From NCBI GenBank assembly GCA_020052375.1, contig JAGVPG010000009.1:30192-94191 (forward strand): DNA of 64,000 nt, read 5' to 3'. The notes beneath the pieces were generated by a model. That model had not been told where the DNA came from. It did no database searches and saw only the letters and a program-made list of their open reading frames with translations. This document shows, one piece after another, positions 7,943 to 16,444 of this stretch (positions are counted from its first letter, which is position 1; the number at the start of each line of letters is the position of its first letter). The DNA comes from Actinomycetota bacterium (GTDB lineage Bacteria; Actinomycetota; JAHEXW01; JAGVPG01). The translations under genes and the position numbers were made by a program.

Positions 7943-9895
7943 ATGAGCCGCCGACTGGTCGCCCTTCTTCTGGCAGTCACCCTCCTTTTTACCTCAGCCA
8001 CCGCTTGCACCCTGTGTTCCATCACACCTGACAAAGAGGTCACAAAGAGGACTGTTACAGTAAAACCACTGGCCGCCGAGAGCGGTGGTGACGGATGGAA
8101 GGGAACATACGCTAAAAGTAAGATAACCGTCGAAGTAAATCCCTCCAAAAAGGTCGAAGTCGGGTTCTATGAGACAGAGGCCGGGGGACAGGGAAGCCAA
8201 TCAAAATCAGCAGGTTGGATGGCCGCGATAATCGGTTCTTTGATACTGGGCCGCGACATGTCCGATTACAAATTCACCTTCTCGGATGAGGGATATGTAG
8301 ACGGACCGAGCGCAGGCGCCACGATGACCATCGGTATCCTATCCGCCATGCTTGGCGACAAGTTGAAAGAAGACGTCGTGATGACCGGAACGATCAATCC
8401 GGATGGCACTGTGGGGCCGATAGGCGGTATACCTCAGAAGATAGAAGGCGCGAAGGCGGCGAAGGCGAAGAAGATGTTGATACCTTCAGGCCAGAGATAT
8501 GACTACGATCTGAATACAGACGAAAGTGTCGATGTCGTCAATCTAGGTAGCGATAAAGGGATCGAAGTCATAGAGGTCAAAGACATCTATGAGGCATATA
8601 AAGAGTTCACGGGGAAAGAGTTGCCGAAGTCCGCCGATGTTTCTACAAAGTCGTTCGAACTGCCGAAAGAGACGTTCGATAAGGTAAAAGCAAAAACGGT
8701 CAAATGGTACAGCCGGTACCTCGAAGAAAGGAATAAATATGACCAGGTAGCACTGCCGTTCGACACGTCTTATATCGATATCTATGCGGAGGATGCCGAT
8801 GCTTATGCCGACCAGGGTGACAAGTACCTTGGCCAGGGCTTGATCGGCAGCGCGTATAACCAGATGACATCGGCTACCTTATATGCCAGCCTGGCTTATC
8901 ATTCAAAGAAATCATTGGAAGCGTATATCGCAGGCGGTCTTCCGGGAGCTGCCGCTTATCTGAATACGGTGAGCCCTTCGGAGATCAAGATCGACGCGTT
9001 ATTCGATGACCTTAAAGCCAGAAAACCGCAGACGCTGGCCGATACGATGGTCCTGGCGAAAGCGTACGGCACGTTGTCCACCGCGTTCGGCCTGAAGGAT
9101 CAGGCGGAAAGCGAGCTTGAAAGCGCGGGTGTGGATGAAACCGAAAATCTGCAGAAGGTGATGTCCGCGACACTCGCGTTTGTCGCAGCCGGCTATGTCG
9201 TCGACGCGGCGGAAGACCAGGTGGACTTCGGTATGGGAATGGGCAAGGCAAAACCGGTTTCAAAAGATAAGGTCACACGTATGTCCGAGGCGTTAAGGCG
9301 CGCAGCCAAAGCAAACCTGGACTATTTCGACAGCATTGTATTACGGGATATCGCGGAGGAGAAAGGCGTAAGTCTGGACATCATGAGGGGCAGGTTGGCC
9401 TCGATCGATACTGACTATGTGTACGCATGGTCGGCCTGGAACAGCGCCGAAACGCTTAAGAGGAAACTTGGTTCGAGCGATGCCGAGGCGATAGCAGTTC
9501 TTGGTAATGCGATGGAATCGTTCAATTTAACTTCCCAATTGATCGCCAAGTACTATTCGTTGGGTGTCGAGCTGGACGACAACTATAATATAGTCGGCAT
9601 ATCTCAGGAAAAAGCAATGATCAACATGCTCGACCTTGGTGAACAGACCGCTTTGGAGAACATCAACGCGGCCAGTAAGGCGGGAGCCACGCCGGTCCTC
9701 GCGATGCTGGACTACGAAGCAGGCAAAACCCTTCGCGAGGGGACTGTCGGCAACAAGATATCGGCATTAGGAGATTTTTGGAATGCCGGTATGGCGGCAA
9801 AGGTGCTCACCGTTCTTTTAGAGATGAAGGTGAAGCGGGCGGGCGATGAAGCACAAGGCGGATTCACGAAGATACTGGGAGCCAAGGAAGACTAA
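7943..9895 (+). CDS. lipoprotein with Lon-like S16 peptidase domain followed by ~450-aa helical domain
   Basis: Lipobox TSATAC. DGPSAGATMTIGILSAML...VMTGTINPDGTVGPIGGIPQKIEGAKAAKAKKMLIP matches the Lon C-terminal proteolytic domain with a Ser-Lys dyad. Confidence 0.6.
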   Translation: MSRRLVALLLAVTLLFTSATACTLCSITPDKEVTKRTVTVKPLAAESGGDGWKGTYAKSKITVEVNPSKKVEVGFYETEAGGQGSQSKSAGWMAAIIGSLILGRDMSDYKFTFSDEGYVDGPSAGATMTIGILSAMLGDKLKEDVVMTGTINPDGTVGPIGGIPQKIEGAKAAKAKKMLIPSGQRYDYDLNTDESVDVVNLGSDKGIEVIEVKDIYEAYKEFTGKELPKSADVSTKSFELPKETFDKVKAKTVKWYSRYLEERNKYDQVALPFDTSYIDIYAEDADAYADQGDKYLGQGLIGSAYNQMTSATLYASLAYHSKKSLEAYIAGGLPGAAAYLNTVSPSEIKIDALFDDLKARKPQTLADTMVLAKAYGTLSTAFGLKDQAESELESAGVDETENLQKVMSATLAFVAAGYVVDAAEDQVDFGMGMGKAKPVSKDKVTRMSEALRRAAKANLDYFDSIVLRDIAEEKGVSLDIMRGRLASIDTDYVYAWSAWNSAETLKRKLGSSDAEAIAVLGNAMESFNLTSQLIAKYYSLGVELDDNYNIVGISQEKAMINMLDLGEQTALENINAASKAGATPVLAMLDYEAGKTLREGTVGNKISALGDFWNAGMAAKVLTVLLEMKVKRAGDEAQGGFTKILGAKED

Positions 9896-12489
9896 CGGCG
9901 TTTCTTAGATTTGGATTTGGCGGCTGTGACAACGCGGTTGCGGCCGCTTGTTTTTGCCTGGTACAAGGCTTCATCAGAAGCCGTAACGAGAGCATCCTTA
10001 TTGTCGGCATTGTCAGGAAATGTAGCGACGCCGGCGGAAACGGCGATCGGCCCGAGCACCTGTCCTTCATGTTCGACCGTCAAGAACCTGACATCCTCAC
10101 GCAACTGCTCGGCGCGCTTCCGTGCGTTTTCCAATGAAGCACCGGGCAAGATCAAAAGAAACTCTTCACCTCCGTAACGGCAAGCGAAATCCTCCATCCG
10201 GATACTCGCTTTTAAGAAATGCGCGAGTGTCTTTAGGATGATATCCCCGGCGTCGTGACCGTAGTCGTCATTAAACTTCTTGAAGAAATCGATATCCATC
10301 ATGATGACGCTCAACTTGGTCTTTGAGCGAGTCGCTCTTCGTATCTCTCTGTTTAGAGTATCGTCAATGAATCTCCGGTTGAACAGTCGTGTAAGCGGGT
10401 CGCTGATAGACTGCTCGCGGAGCTGGTCTCTCAACTCGATATTGGTTATCGCCATCGCGATATGCTCGGCGACGGTAGCAGACAGCTCTTTTTGTATGGT
10501 CGTCAAGGGTTGTACAAACTCACGTTTTTGGACCGGTTCCGTACAGATGTGGAGCAGTCCTATGGCTTTGCCTTGCGCGATCATCGGGACGCATAGGTAG
10601 CTGCCGGGCGGTGACTCTTTTACATGTGTGCAGATCAATTCATGTCTGGTATCATCGACCGCGTACATTTTGCCCCGTCTTCGCGCCAGACAGTCGTCGA
10701 AAGAAAAAGCGCGTTCGACAGGAGGGTCGTCTCCCCAATCGACTATCGCAAAAGCCGGCCCTTTCGGGTCGCTAATTATATACAGAGAGCCTGATGTCTT
10801 CGCGAACAGTTCAGGAAGGAACTTCGAAATAGTCTGGAATGCTTCGTCTGTGTTCAAACATGCCTGAAGGTCTTCCGCCATCTCACTCAGCATCGATATA
10901 ACCTGTGTACGTTCCTCCGCCTTATCCGCGAGTACCGACAATTCCGAGTATGCGTGCGTCAAAGCGTGTTGCGTACGCTCAAGTTGAAGGGTCCGTCTTA
11001 CCGAAGTGATCAGGTAGATGCTTAGCATAAGTAAAAAGAATGCGCCGAGAATAGCGGGAAACCATACAGAAGGTTCGGGATACTTGAAACTCGTGGATGA
11101 AGGGATGACATAGATCTTCCATGTCCTGTTGTTCAGATCGACGGTGCGCGTAAAGATAAACTCGCGATCAAAGGATCCCGACAGTTGTTTCATCGAGGAT
11201 CCGGTAGTTACTTTAGGATATGAATATATGAGGGAAGGCGTAGTGTTAGGTACGATATCAAATACATAGGTGTCCAGGCCTTCAGCCGCCAAAGGAATCG
11301 ATGCGTCGTTAAAGAAGTCCGATAACATCTGCGTTTCGATGCTGAAACCAATGATATCGCGCCTTTTTTGGCTGATAGAGGCAGGGACCCCGCTCGTAAA
11401 ATAAACGGGAGAGATAACCATATAGCAATAGTCGTCCAATCCGGTATATATCTTGTTTATCCTGTCGCTTAACACAGGTTTGCCGGTGTCTCGCGCTGAA
11501 TCCATAGCTTTGGCGATGACCGGGTCGGACTTTAGATTCAGACCAAGAAGCTGTTCATACTTGGAATGCGGCGAAATACCCAGGATCGGGTAGTATTCAT
11601 CCGTGTCAGGTGCGCGCCCTGTTTTACCGTCTGCCGTCATTGTGGTGATCTGGAAATCGGGCCGGATGTTCATGCGCCACAATTCTTCAAACGATTTTCT
11701 GTCTTGTTGTCCCACTTTGGGGATAGTCATGATCTGTTTCACAGCCGGATACCGCCGCGCGATACTCGTGTATAGAAGATCCAACTCATCCGAGAACCTA
11801 TCGTACTCGGTGACGGTTCCGTCTGTTGTAAGGAAATGATTCGCGTGCAGGAAATCCCCTAAAGAAGCCGTATCTGCCATGCTTGCGTCGAAGGTCTTCA
11901 TCGGATCTTCGAGGTTATGCTCGATCGATGTCAGCATATCGCTGCGTTTGATCTGGATATCTCTGTTCCAGGCAGTTATCGTTCCTGATACGGCAAAGAT
12001 CGTTATTATTACCATGACGAGTATTACGGGGAGATAGCGTTTCGGGCGCATATACCGGAAAACAGGGTATAACAGGCCACTCCTCTTACCATCCATCCTT
12101 CCAGCTGTTATGGGACCTATATCTTTAGCAAGTTCTTGTTCGATCGCGCCGGCCAGTTTCTTATCGCTGTCGGATACAAGTATCCAATCATCGGTGTACG
12201 CGCCTGTCAAAGAAGACGTTCCGCGCGTCCCGTCATTCAGCATGATGTGAGGTATGTCGAGCCGGGCTTCTTTTAAAAAGGAAGGTACCGTTAAATGGCT
12301 GAAACCGGATGGAAGTGTCCCGCAGATTATGAAATCCCATTTATGCTTATTAAGCAGAGCTTCAAACTCTTCCGGCGTTTTTGCGATCTTAAACGATGGG
12401 TCGAGACCATTTAACCGGAGCCTCGATAGGATCTCGTCCGCATGTTTCTCCGATTCGTCTATAAAAAGCGCCCGAATTTCTTGGCCCAT
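9892..12489 (-). CDS. sensor diguanylate cyclase (N-terminal REC-like region, periplasmic sensor between 2 TM, GAF, GGDEF)
   Basis: C-terminal RYGGEEFLLILPG and DYGHDAGD (GGDEF, I-site RxxD). The GAF-like region is LCVPMIAQGKAIGLLHI. Two hydrophobic segments bracket ~300 aa. Confidence 0.8.
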   Translation of the reverse strand: MGQEIRALFIDESEKHADEILSRLRLNGLDPSFKIAKTPEEFEALLNKHKWDFIICGTLPSGFSHLTVPSFLKEARLDIPHIMLNDGTRGTSSLTGAYTDDWILVSDSDKKLAGAIEQELAKDIGPITAGRMDGKRSGLLYPVFRYMRPKRYLPVILVMVIITIFAVSGTITAWNRDIQIKRSDMLTSIEHNLEDPMKTFDASMADTASLGDFLHANHFLTTDGTVTEYDRFSDELDLLYTSIARRYPAVKQIMTIPKVGQQDRKSFEELWRMNIRPDFQITTMTADGKTGRAPDTDEYYPILGISPHSKYEQLLGLNLKSDPVIAKAMDSARDTGKPVLSDRINKIYTGLDDYCYMVISPVYFTSGVPASISQKRRDIIGFSIETQMLSDFFNDASIPLAAEGLDTYVFDIVPNTTPSLIYSYPKVTTGSSMKQLSGSFDREFIFTRTVDLNNRTWKIYVIPSSTSFKYPEPSVWFPAILGAFFLLMLSIYLITSVRRTLQLERTQHALTHAYSELSVLADKAEERTQVISMLSEMAEDLQACLNTDEAFQTISKFLPELFAKTSGSLYIISDPKGPAFAIVDWGDDPPVERAFSFDDCLARRRGKMYAVDDTRHELICTHVKESPPGSYLCVPMIAQGKAIGLLHICTEPVQKREFVQPLTTIQKELSATVAEHIAMAITNIELRDQLREQSISDPLTRLFNRRFIDDTLNREIRRATRSKTKLSVIMMDIDFFKKFNDDYGHDAGDIILKTLAHFLKASIRMEDFACRYGGEEFLLILPGASLENARKRAEQLREDVRFLTVEHEGQVLGPIAVSAGVATFPDNADNKDALVTASDEALYQAKTSGRNRVVTAAKSKSKKRR

Positions 12490-12498
12490 GAGAACCTC

Positions 12499-13395
12499 TC
12501 AGATAGGAACGACAATACCTAAAGCTTTGGGTCTTACCGAGATCTCATACCGGTCTGCCAGGATAAGCTCGCCATCCAGCGCGGCTGGTAACCCCATATC
12601 GCATTCGATGACGAGACGCCGGGCTCTGTACATATGAGCCGGTTTCATCCAAGCGTGTTTTCCGAAGATAACGAATGGGAGTCGCGGTAAGACCTGCCAC
12701 CTTGGTATCTTATCGACCACGCAGATATCCAGCAGTCCATCATCGAGTCGGGCGTCCGGCGTGATCTTAAAGCCCCCTCCGTATGTCGGACCGTTGTTGG
12801 CCGCGATCAGCAAGACCTCCTTTTCCATCCACTCGCCGTCATCTATCTTAAGTCTGACGGAATAACAGTAGAAATCATGAAACAGGATATTTAACAGGGC
12901 GGATAGATAGAGACTTATCCCTGTCTTAGTACTTAAGTCCTTAAGGCTGTTCGCCATATGCGCGACTCTTGCATCGAAGCCGATCCCCAGACTGTTGACA
13001 AAGTAGATATTGTTGACTAAACCGAGATCGATCTCTTTTTTCTTACCCTTGATCATTTGTGACATTGCTTCATGCAGGTCATTGGAGATGCCGATTGCGC
13101 CGCTCAGATCATTGCCCGATCCGGTCGGCAGTACTCCTAATATGGTACGGGTGTTCAAGCTCTCTTTTATCCCGTTTACGACCTCGTGAACTGTCCCGTC
13201 GCCTCCCGCTACGATGACCATATCGTAGTCCTGAAGATGCCGGGCGACTTGCACCGCTTCCTTCGGGTAGGATGTCTGATGAAAGTCGGCTATTATCCTC
13301 GTCTTAAGGAAATCTTCGATCTCGCCGATCTTGTTCAGCGTCTCCCCGTGATCGGCAACCGGGTTCATGATCACCATGGTCTTCCTAGTCGGCAT
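12499..13395 (-). CDS. diacylglycerol/lipid kinase family protein (YegS/DagK-like)
   Basis: VIVAGGDGTVHEVVNG and LGVLPTGSGNDL. Confidence 0.85.
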   Translation of the reverse strand: MPTRKTMVIMNPVADHGETLNKIGEIEDFLKTRIIADFHQTSYPKEAVQVARHLQDYDMVIVAGGDGTVHEVVNGIKESLNTRTILGVLPTGSGNDLSGAIGISNDLHEAMSQMIKGKKKEIDLGLVNNIYFVNSLGIGFDARVAHMANSLKDLSTKTGISLYLSALLNILFHDFYCYSVRLKIDDGEWMEKEVLLIAANNGPTYGGGFKITPDARLDDGLLDICVVDKIPRWQVLPRLPFVIFGKHAWMKPAHMYRARRLVIECDMGLPAALDGELILADRYEISVRPKALGIVVPI

Positions 13396-13413
13396 GTCTT
13401 TAGCCGCGCGGCT

Positions 13414-14742
13414 TTATGTGCCGTGACGGATCCTCAACATAAAGCCGGCGCCGCCTACGGCGGTTATCGCGCTTATGAGGATCACACTTAATATGCGGCA
13501 CGGGCTTGCCAGACTGCCCGTGTTAGTGACCGTTATGTCTTTTTGCGTCTTGGCCATCTCAATGACCGGGAAGTCGTCGAATCCAAGCGATCTAGTCAAA
13601 GACGGACTTGCTGACCGGTACTTCAGAACGGCGACGATAGTCATCTTCCCGCTTGTCTCGGCAGGTATCATCAACTCTTTCTTATACGTACGCTTTTCCT
13701 TGGGACCTATGCGGTTGTCGCTAAACACTTTTACAGCCCGCCAGACCGGTACATGACCGTCGTGGACTCCTTTATCGTCTTCAAGCACGGTCTTGTACTC
13801 CTCTTTGAAGATCGTCTGCTCATTATTGCCGGAATCGATCGCTTTGACCTCCAACCACATCTCGCGCACTTCTGTAAGACCTGTCGGTATTTTATGGCCG
13901 GCACTGGTATTGGTGATGCTGATCGTCAGCTTCACTTTTTCTTTGGGGTCCGCCTCCGTCTTGTTGGTTTTCATCTGTATGCTAGCCGCGTGTTTCAACC
14001 GGTTCTCGGCCACATCACGCTTTCCCAACGTAACGTTTGCTCCGGTGAACTCGTGAGTTTTTATGAGCGATCTTAGAGGTCCGTCTACGGCTGCCCGTGC
14101 GTTGTTCTGCGAGCCCATCATACAGTGCTGGCATGTCGTACCTTCAGCGGCATAAGGGCTTTGTTTCCATTCAGTGTATGTGGTCTCCAACGGTAAACCG
14201 TTGACAGGATGGTACACGTCATGGCACATGCCGCAGAACTCGCTTTTTATGTGAAGTTCCGAATACACGGTCTCGTGCGCGGGAGAAAAAGAGTCCTTGA
14301 ATGGACCTCGTTTCAGGATTCCCGGTGAATTGATGTACGAGCCGTTCCCGACACCGCTGATATCGCTGACGGTATGGCAGAAATCGCACGATATGGCGTT
14401 GGTGGAAGTCGCGGTCGTAGGTGGGATATCCCCGGTCAGACTACCGATAGGGGTATGACAGTGCAGACAATAATCCTGTATCAGCTTGCCGCCATCCGAG
14501 TCTTTACCTCCCATATCGGCTATCGCTACATTCATAACGGAATAAAAGATGGGATCGCTGAAGGCCTTTGCATGGAGTGACTGTGACCACTGGTCGTAAA
14601 GCGTACGGTGGCAGGTACCGCAGTAGCTCTGGCTGGTGAAATCCTGCTGAGTGAATTGTGCCGCGGATGCATTGCCTACGGCTGATATGCTGAAAAGCAG
14701 AAAGAATGTAAATAGTAAGGCAAAGAAGACACGCTTTTTCAC
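13414..14742 (-). CDS. multiheme (>=4 CxxCH) cytochrome c with signal peptide and C-terminal TM anchor
   Basis: CGTCH, CLHCH, CDFCH, CGMCH; N-terminal signal MKKRVFFALLFTFFLLFSISAVGNASA; hydrophobic C-terminus. Confidence 0.8.
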   Translation of the reverse strand: MKKRVFFALLFTFFLLFSISAVGNASAAQFTQQDFTSQSYCGTCHRTLYDQWSQSLHAKAFSDPIFYSVMNVAIADMGGKDSDGGKLIQDYCLHCHTPIGSLTGDIPPTTATSTNAISCDFCHTVSDISGVGNGSYINSPGILKRGPFKDSFSPAHETVYSELHIKSEFCGMCHDVYHPVNGLPLETTYTEWKQSPYAAEGTTCQHCMMGSQNNARAAVDGPLRSLIKTHEFTGANVTLGKRDVAENRLKHAASIQMKTNKTEADPKEKVKLTISITNTSAGHKIPTGLTEVREMWLEVKAIDSGNNEQTIFKEEYKTVLEDDKGVHDGHVPVWRAVKVFSDNRIGPKEKRTYKKELMIPAETSGKMTIVAVLKYRSASPSLTRSLGFDDFPVIEMAKTQKDITVTNTGSLASPCRILSVILISAITAVGGAGFMLRIRHGT

Positions 14743-14832
14743 CGACTTCCTCCTTATGTCCTGTGCTATAATCTACCCATATTTGTAGTCACAAAGTCAA
14801 TAGTGAGCAGTTAGTAAGTGGTAAACAAAAAG

Positions 14833-14925
14833 ATATCCCCCTCCCTTGAAGGGAGGGGGATCAAGGGGGAGGGTGGCAAACAAATCCACCCCCACCTTTA
14901 AATCCTCCCCCTCAAAGGGGGAGGA
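14833..14925. promoter_or_regulatory. cluster of three homopyrimidine/homopurine hairpins in divergent intergenic region
   Basis: 14835-14861 ATCCCCCTCCC-TTGAA-GGGAGGGGGAT (11-bp perfect stem). 14866-14895 GGGGGAGGGTGG..CCACCCCCACC. 14902-14924 TCCTCCCCC-TCAAA-GGGGGAGGA (9-bp stem). G3+ tracts could also form a G-quadruplex. Confidence 0.5.
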
Positions 14926-14977
14926 AGACTATTAGAGAGGTAGCCGCAAGTAGCAAGTAGTAGATTGTGGAGAGTAG

Positions 14978-15940
14978 ATGGGTAATCTTTCGGAGCTTGA
15001 GCAGGCTAAAAAGAGGTTGATAATGACGGGTGGAAAAGGTGGTGTCGGGAAGACGACATGCGCCTCATCGATCGCTGTACGCATGGCCTCGCAAGGCAAG
15101 AACACACTGATAATATCCTCTGACCCAACGCCTTCCTTGTCGGACATATTCGAACAAAAAGTCGGAGACAAAGAGACCAGGATAAAAGGTATTGATGGAC
15201 TTACCGCTCTCGAGATAACGTCGGAGATCGTCCTCAAACGGTGGAAGAAGAAGTTCGGACCGGAGATATACGAGGTCATATCCTCGTTTCTGCCGGTCGA
15301 CTACGAGATAATCGACTATATCGGAACGGCTCCGGGTATCGAGGAAGAGTATATGCTTGATTTCATCATGGAGTTGGTAGAAAGCGGCCGATACGATATC
15401 GTCGTCTGGGATACGGCTCCCGCCGGTCATACGCTTCAACTACTGGACGTGCCGAACCTCTTCATCACGCACCTGACGGCGGCGATGCGCGTCTATATGG
15501 GTTTTACCGACTATATGAAGAAAGTACAGGAGGTCACGAAAAGAGCTCCTAGCAAGCGCTCGATCTTCGATATCATCAAGAGCTGGCAGGACTTAAGTCT
15601 TAGGGTGGTGGATTTCATCAAGGACCCAAAAAATACGGAGTTTGTCCTTGTGACGATCCCGGAAGCGTTAGGTGTGAAACAAAGCGAAAGGATCATCCAG
15701 ACCTTTGATAAATACGGTCTGTCAGTCAACTTCCTAGTTGTGAACAATGTTATAAAGACGATTGACAGTAAGTTTCTTGAATCGCGTAAAAAGATGCAGG
15801 GAGAATACCTGGATTACCTTTACGGGCAGTATAGCAAGAGGTTAAACATCCTAGAAATACCGCTCGCCCCAAACGAGATCAAAGGCTTGGAGCGAATCCG
15901 GCAAGTATCAGACATTCTTTTTCTTGATCAAACTGATTGA
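14978..15940 (+). CDS. ArsA/GET3-family P-loop ATPase (half-size)
   Basis: Walker A GGKGGVGKTT and the ArsA signature DTAPAGHTLQLL. Confidence 0.75.
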   Translation: MGNLSELEQAKKRLIMTGGKGGVGKTTCASSIAVRMASQGKNTLIISSDPTPSLSDIFEQKVGDKETRIKGIDGLTALEITSEIVLKRWKKKFGPEIYEVISSFLPVDYEIIDYIGTAPGIEEEYMLDFIMELVESGRYDIVVWDTAPAGHTLQLLDVPNLFITHLTAAMRVYMGFTDYMKKVQEVTKRAPSKRSIFDIIKSWQDLSLRVVDFIKDPKNTEFVLVTIPEALGVKQSERIIQTFDKYGLSVNFLVVNNVIKTIDSKFLESRKKMQGEYLDYLYGQYSKRLNILEIPLAPNEIKGLERIRQVSDILFLDQTD

Positions 15941-15955
15941 ATCAGTAACGTGCTT

Positions 15956-16153
15956 CTAACTGGCCTCTACAGAGTTCAGTTCTTTTAGCAGTTCATCGAT
16001 CTTAAGGCCATGAGCCTCCGCTGCTTGTTCCACTGTTTCGCCGCTGGCGATGAAACACCCGAGGCAATGCATGCCGTTCTTTACGAATACATTGGCTGTA
16101 TCCGGGCTCATCTCCAAGACCTGACTGATTGTTAGATCCTTCGTTATCTTCAT
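15956..16153 (-). CDS. DUF1858 domain protein (hybrid-cluster-protein-associated redox disulfide type)
   Basis: 65 aa, TISQVLEMSPDTANVFVKNGMHCLGCFIASGETVEQAA. Confidence 0.6.
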   Translation of the reverse strand: MKITKDLTISQVLEMSPDTANVFVKNGMHCLGCFIASGETVEQAAEAHGLKIDELLKELNSVEAS

Positions 16154-16162
16154 ATTTTTCCT

Positions 16163-16360
16163 CTATTCCTCGAAGGTTATAGCTTCCTCCGGGCAGTTCT
16201 CAACGCATGCATAACATTCCTGGCATGCATCCGGTTCGATTACTTCGGACTTCCAATCATCGGAGTCTACAGGTTCACAGAAGACAACCGGGTCGGCCGG
16301 ACACACATCATAGCACGTGCCGCATCCTGAACATTTTGTGCTATTGATTTTTGGCGGCAT
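16163..16360 (-). CDS. 2x[4Fe-4S] ferredoxin
   Basis: CSGCGTCYDVCP and CQECYACVENCP. Confidence 0.85.
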   Translation of the reverse strand: MPPKINSTKCSGCGTCYDVCPADPVVFCEPVDSDDWKSEVIEPDACQECYACVENCPEEAITFEE

Positions 16361-16444
16361 ACACTGATCCCTCCTTTGGATTTGTTACAGTTGTTGCCAG
16401 CAATAATAATTATACACTCTTTTTTATGCCGGGTGTAGACTGAT

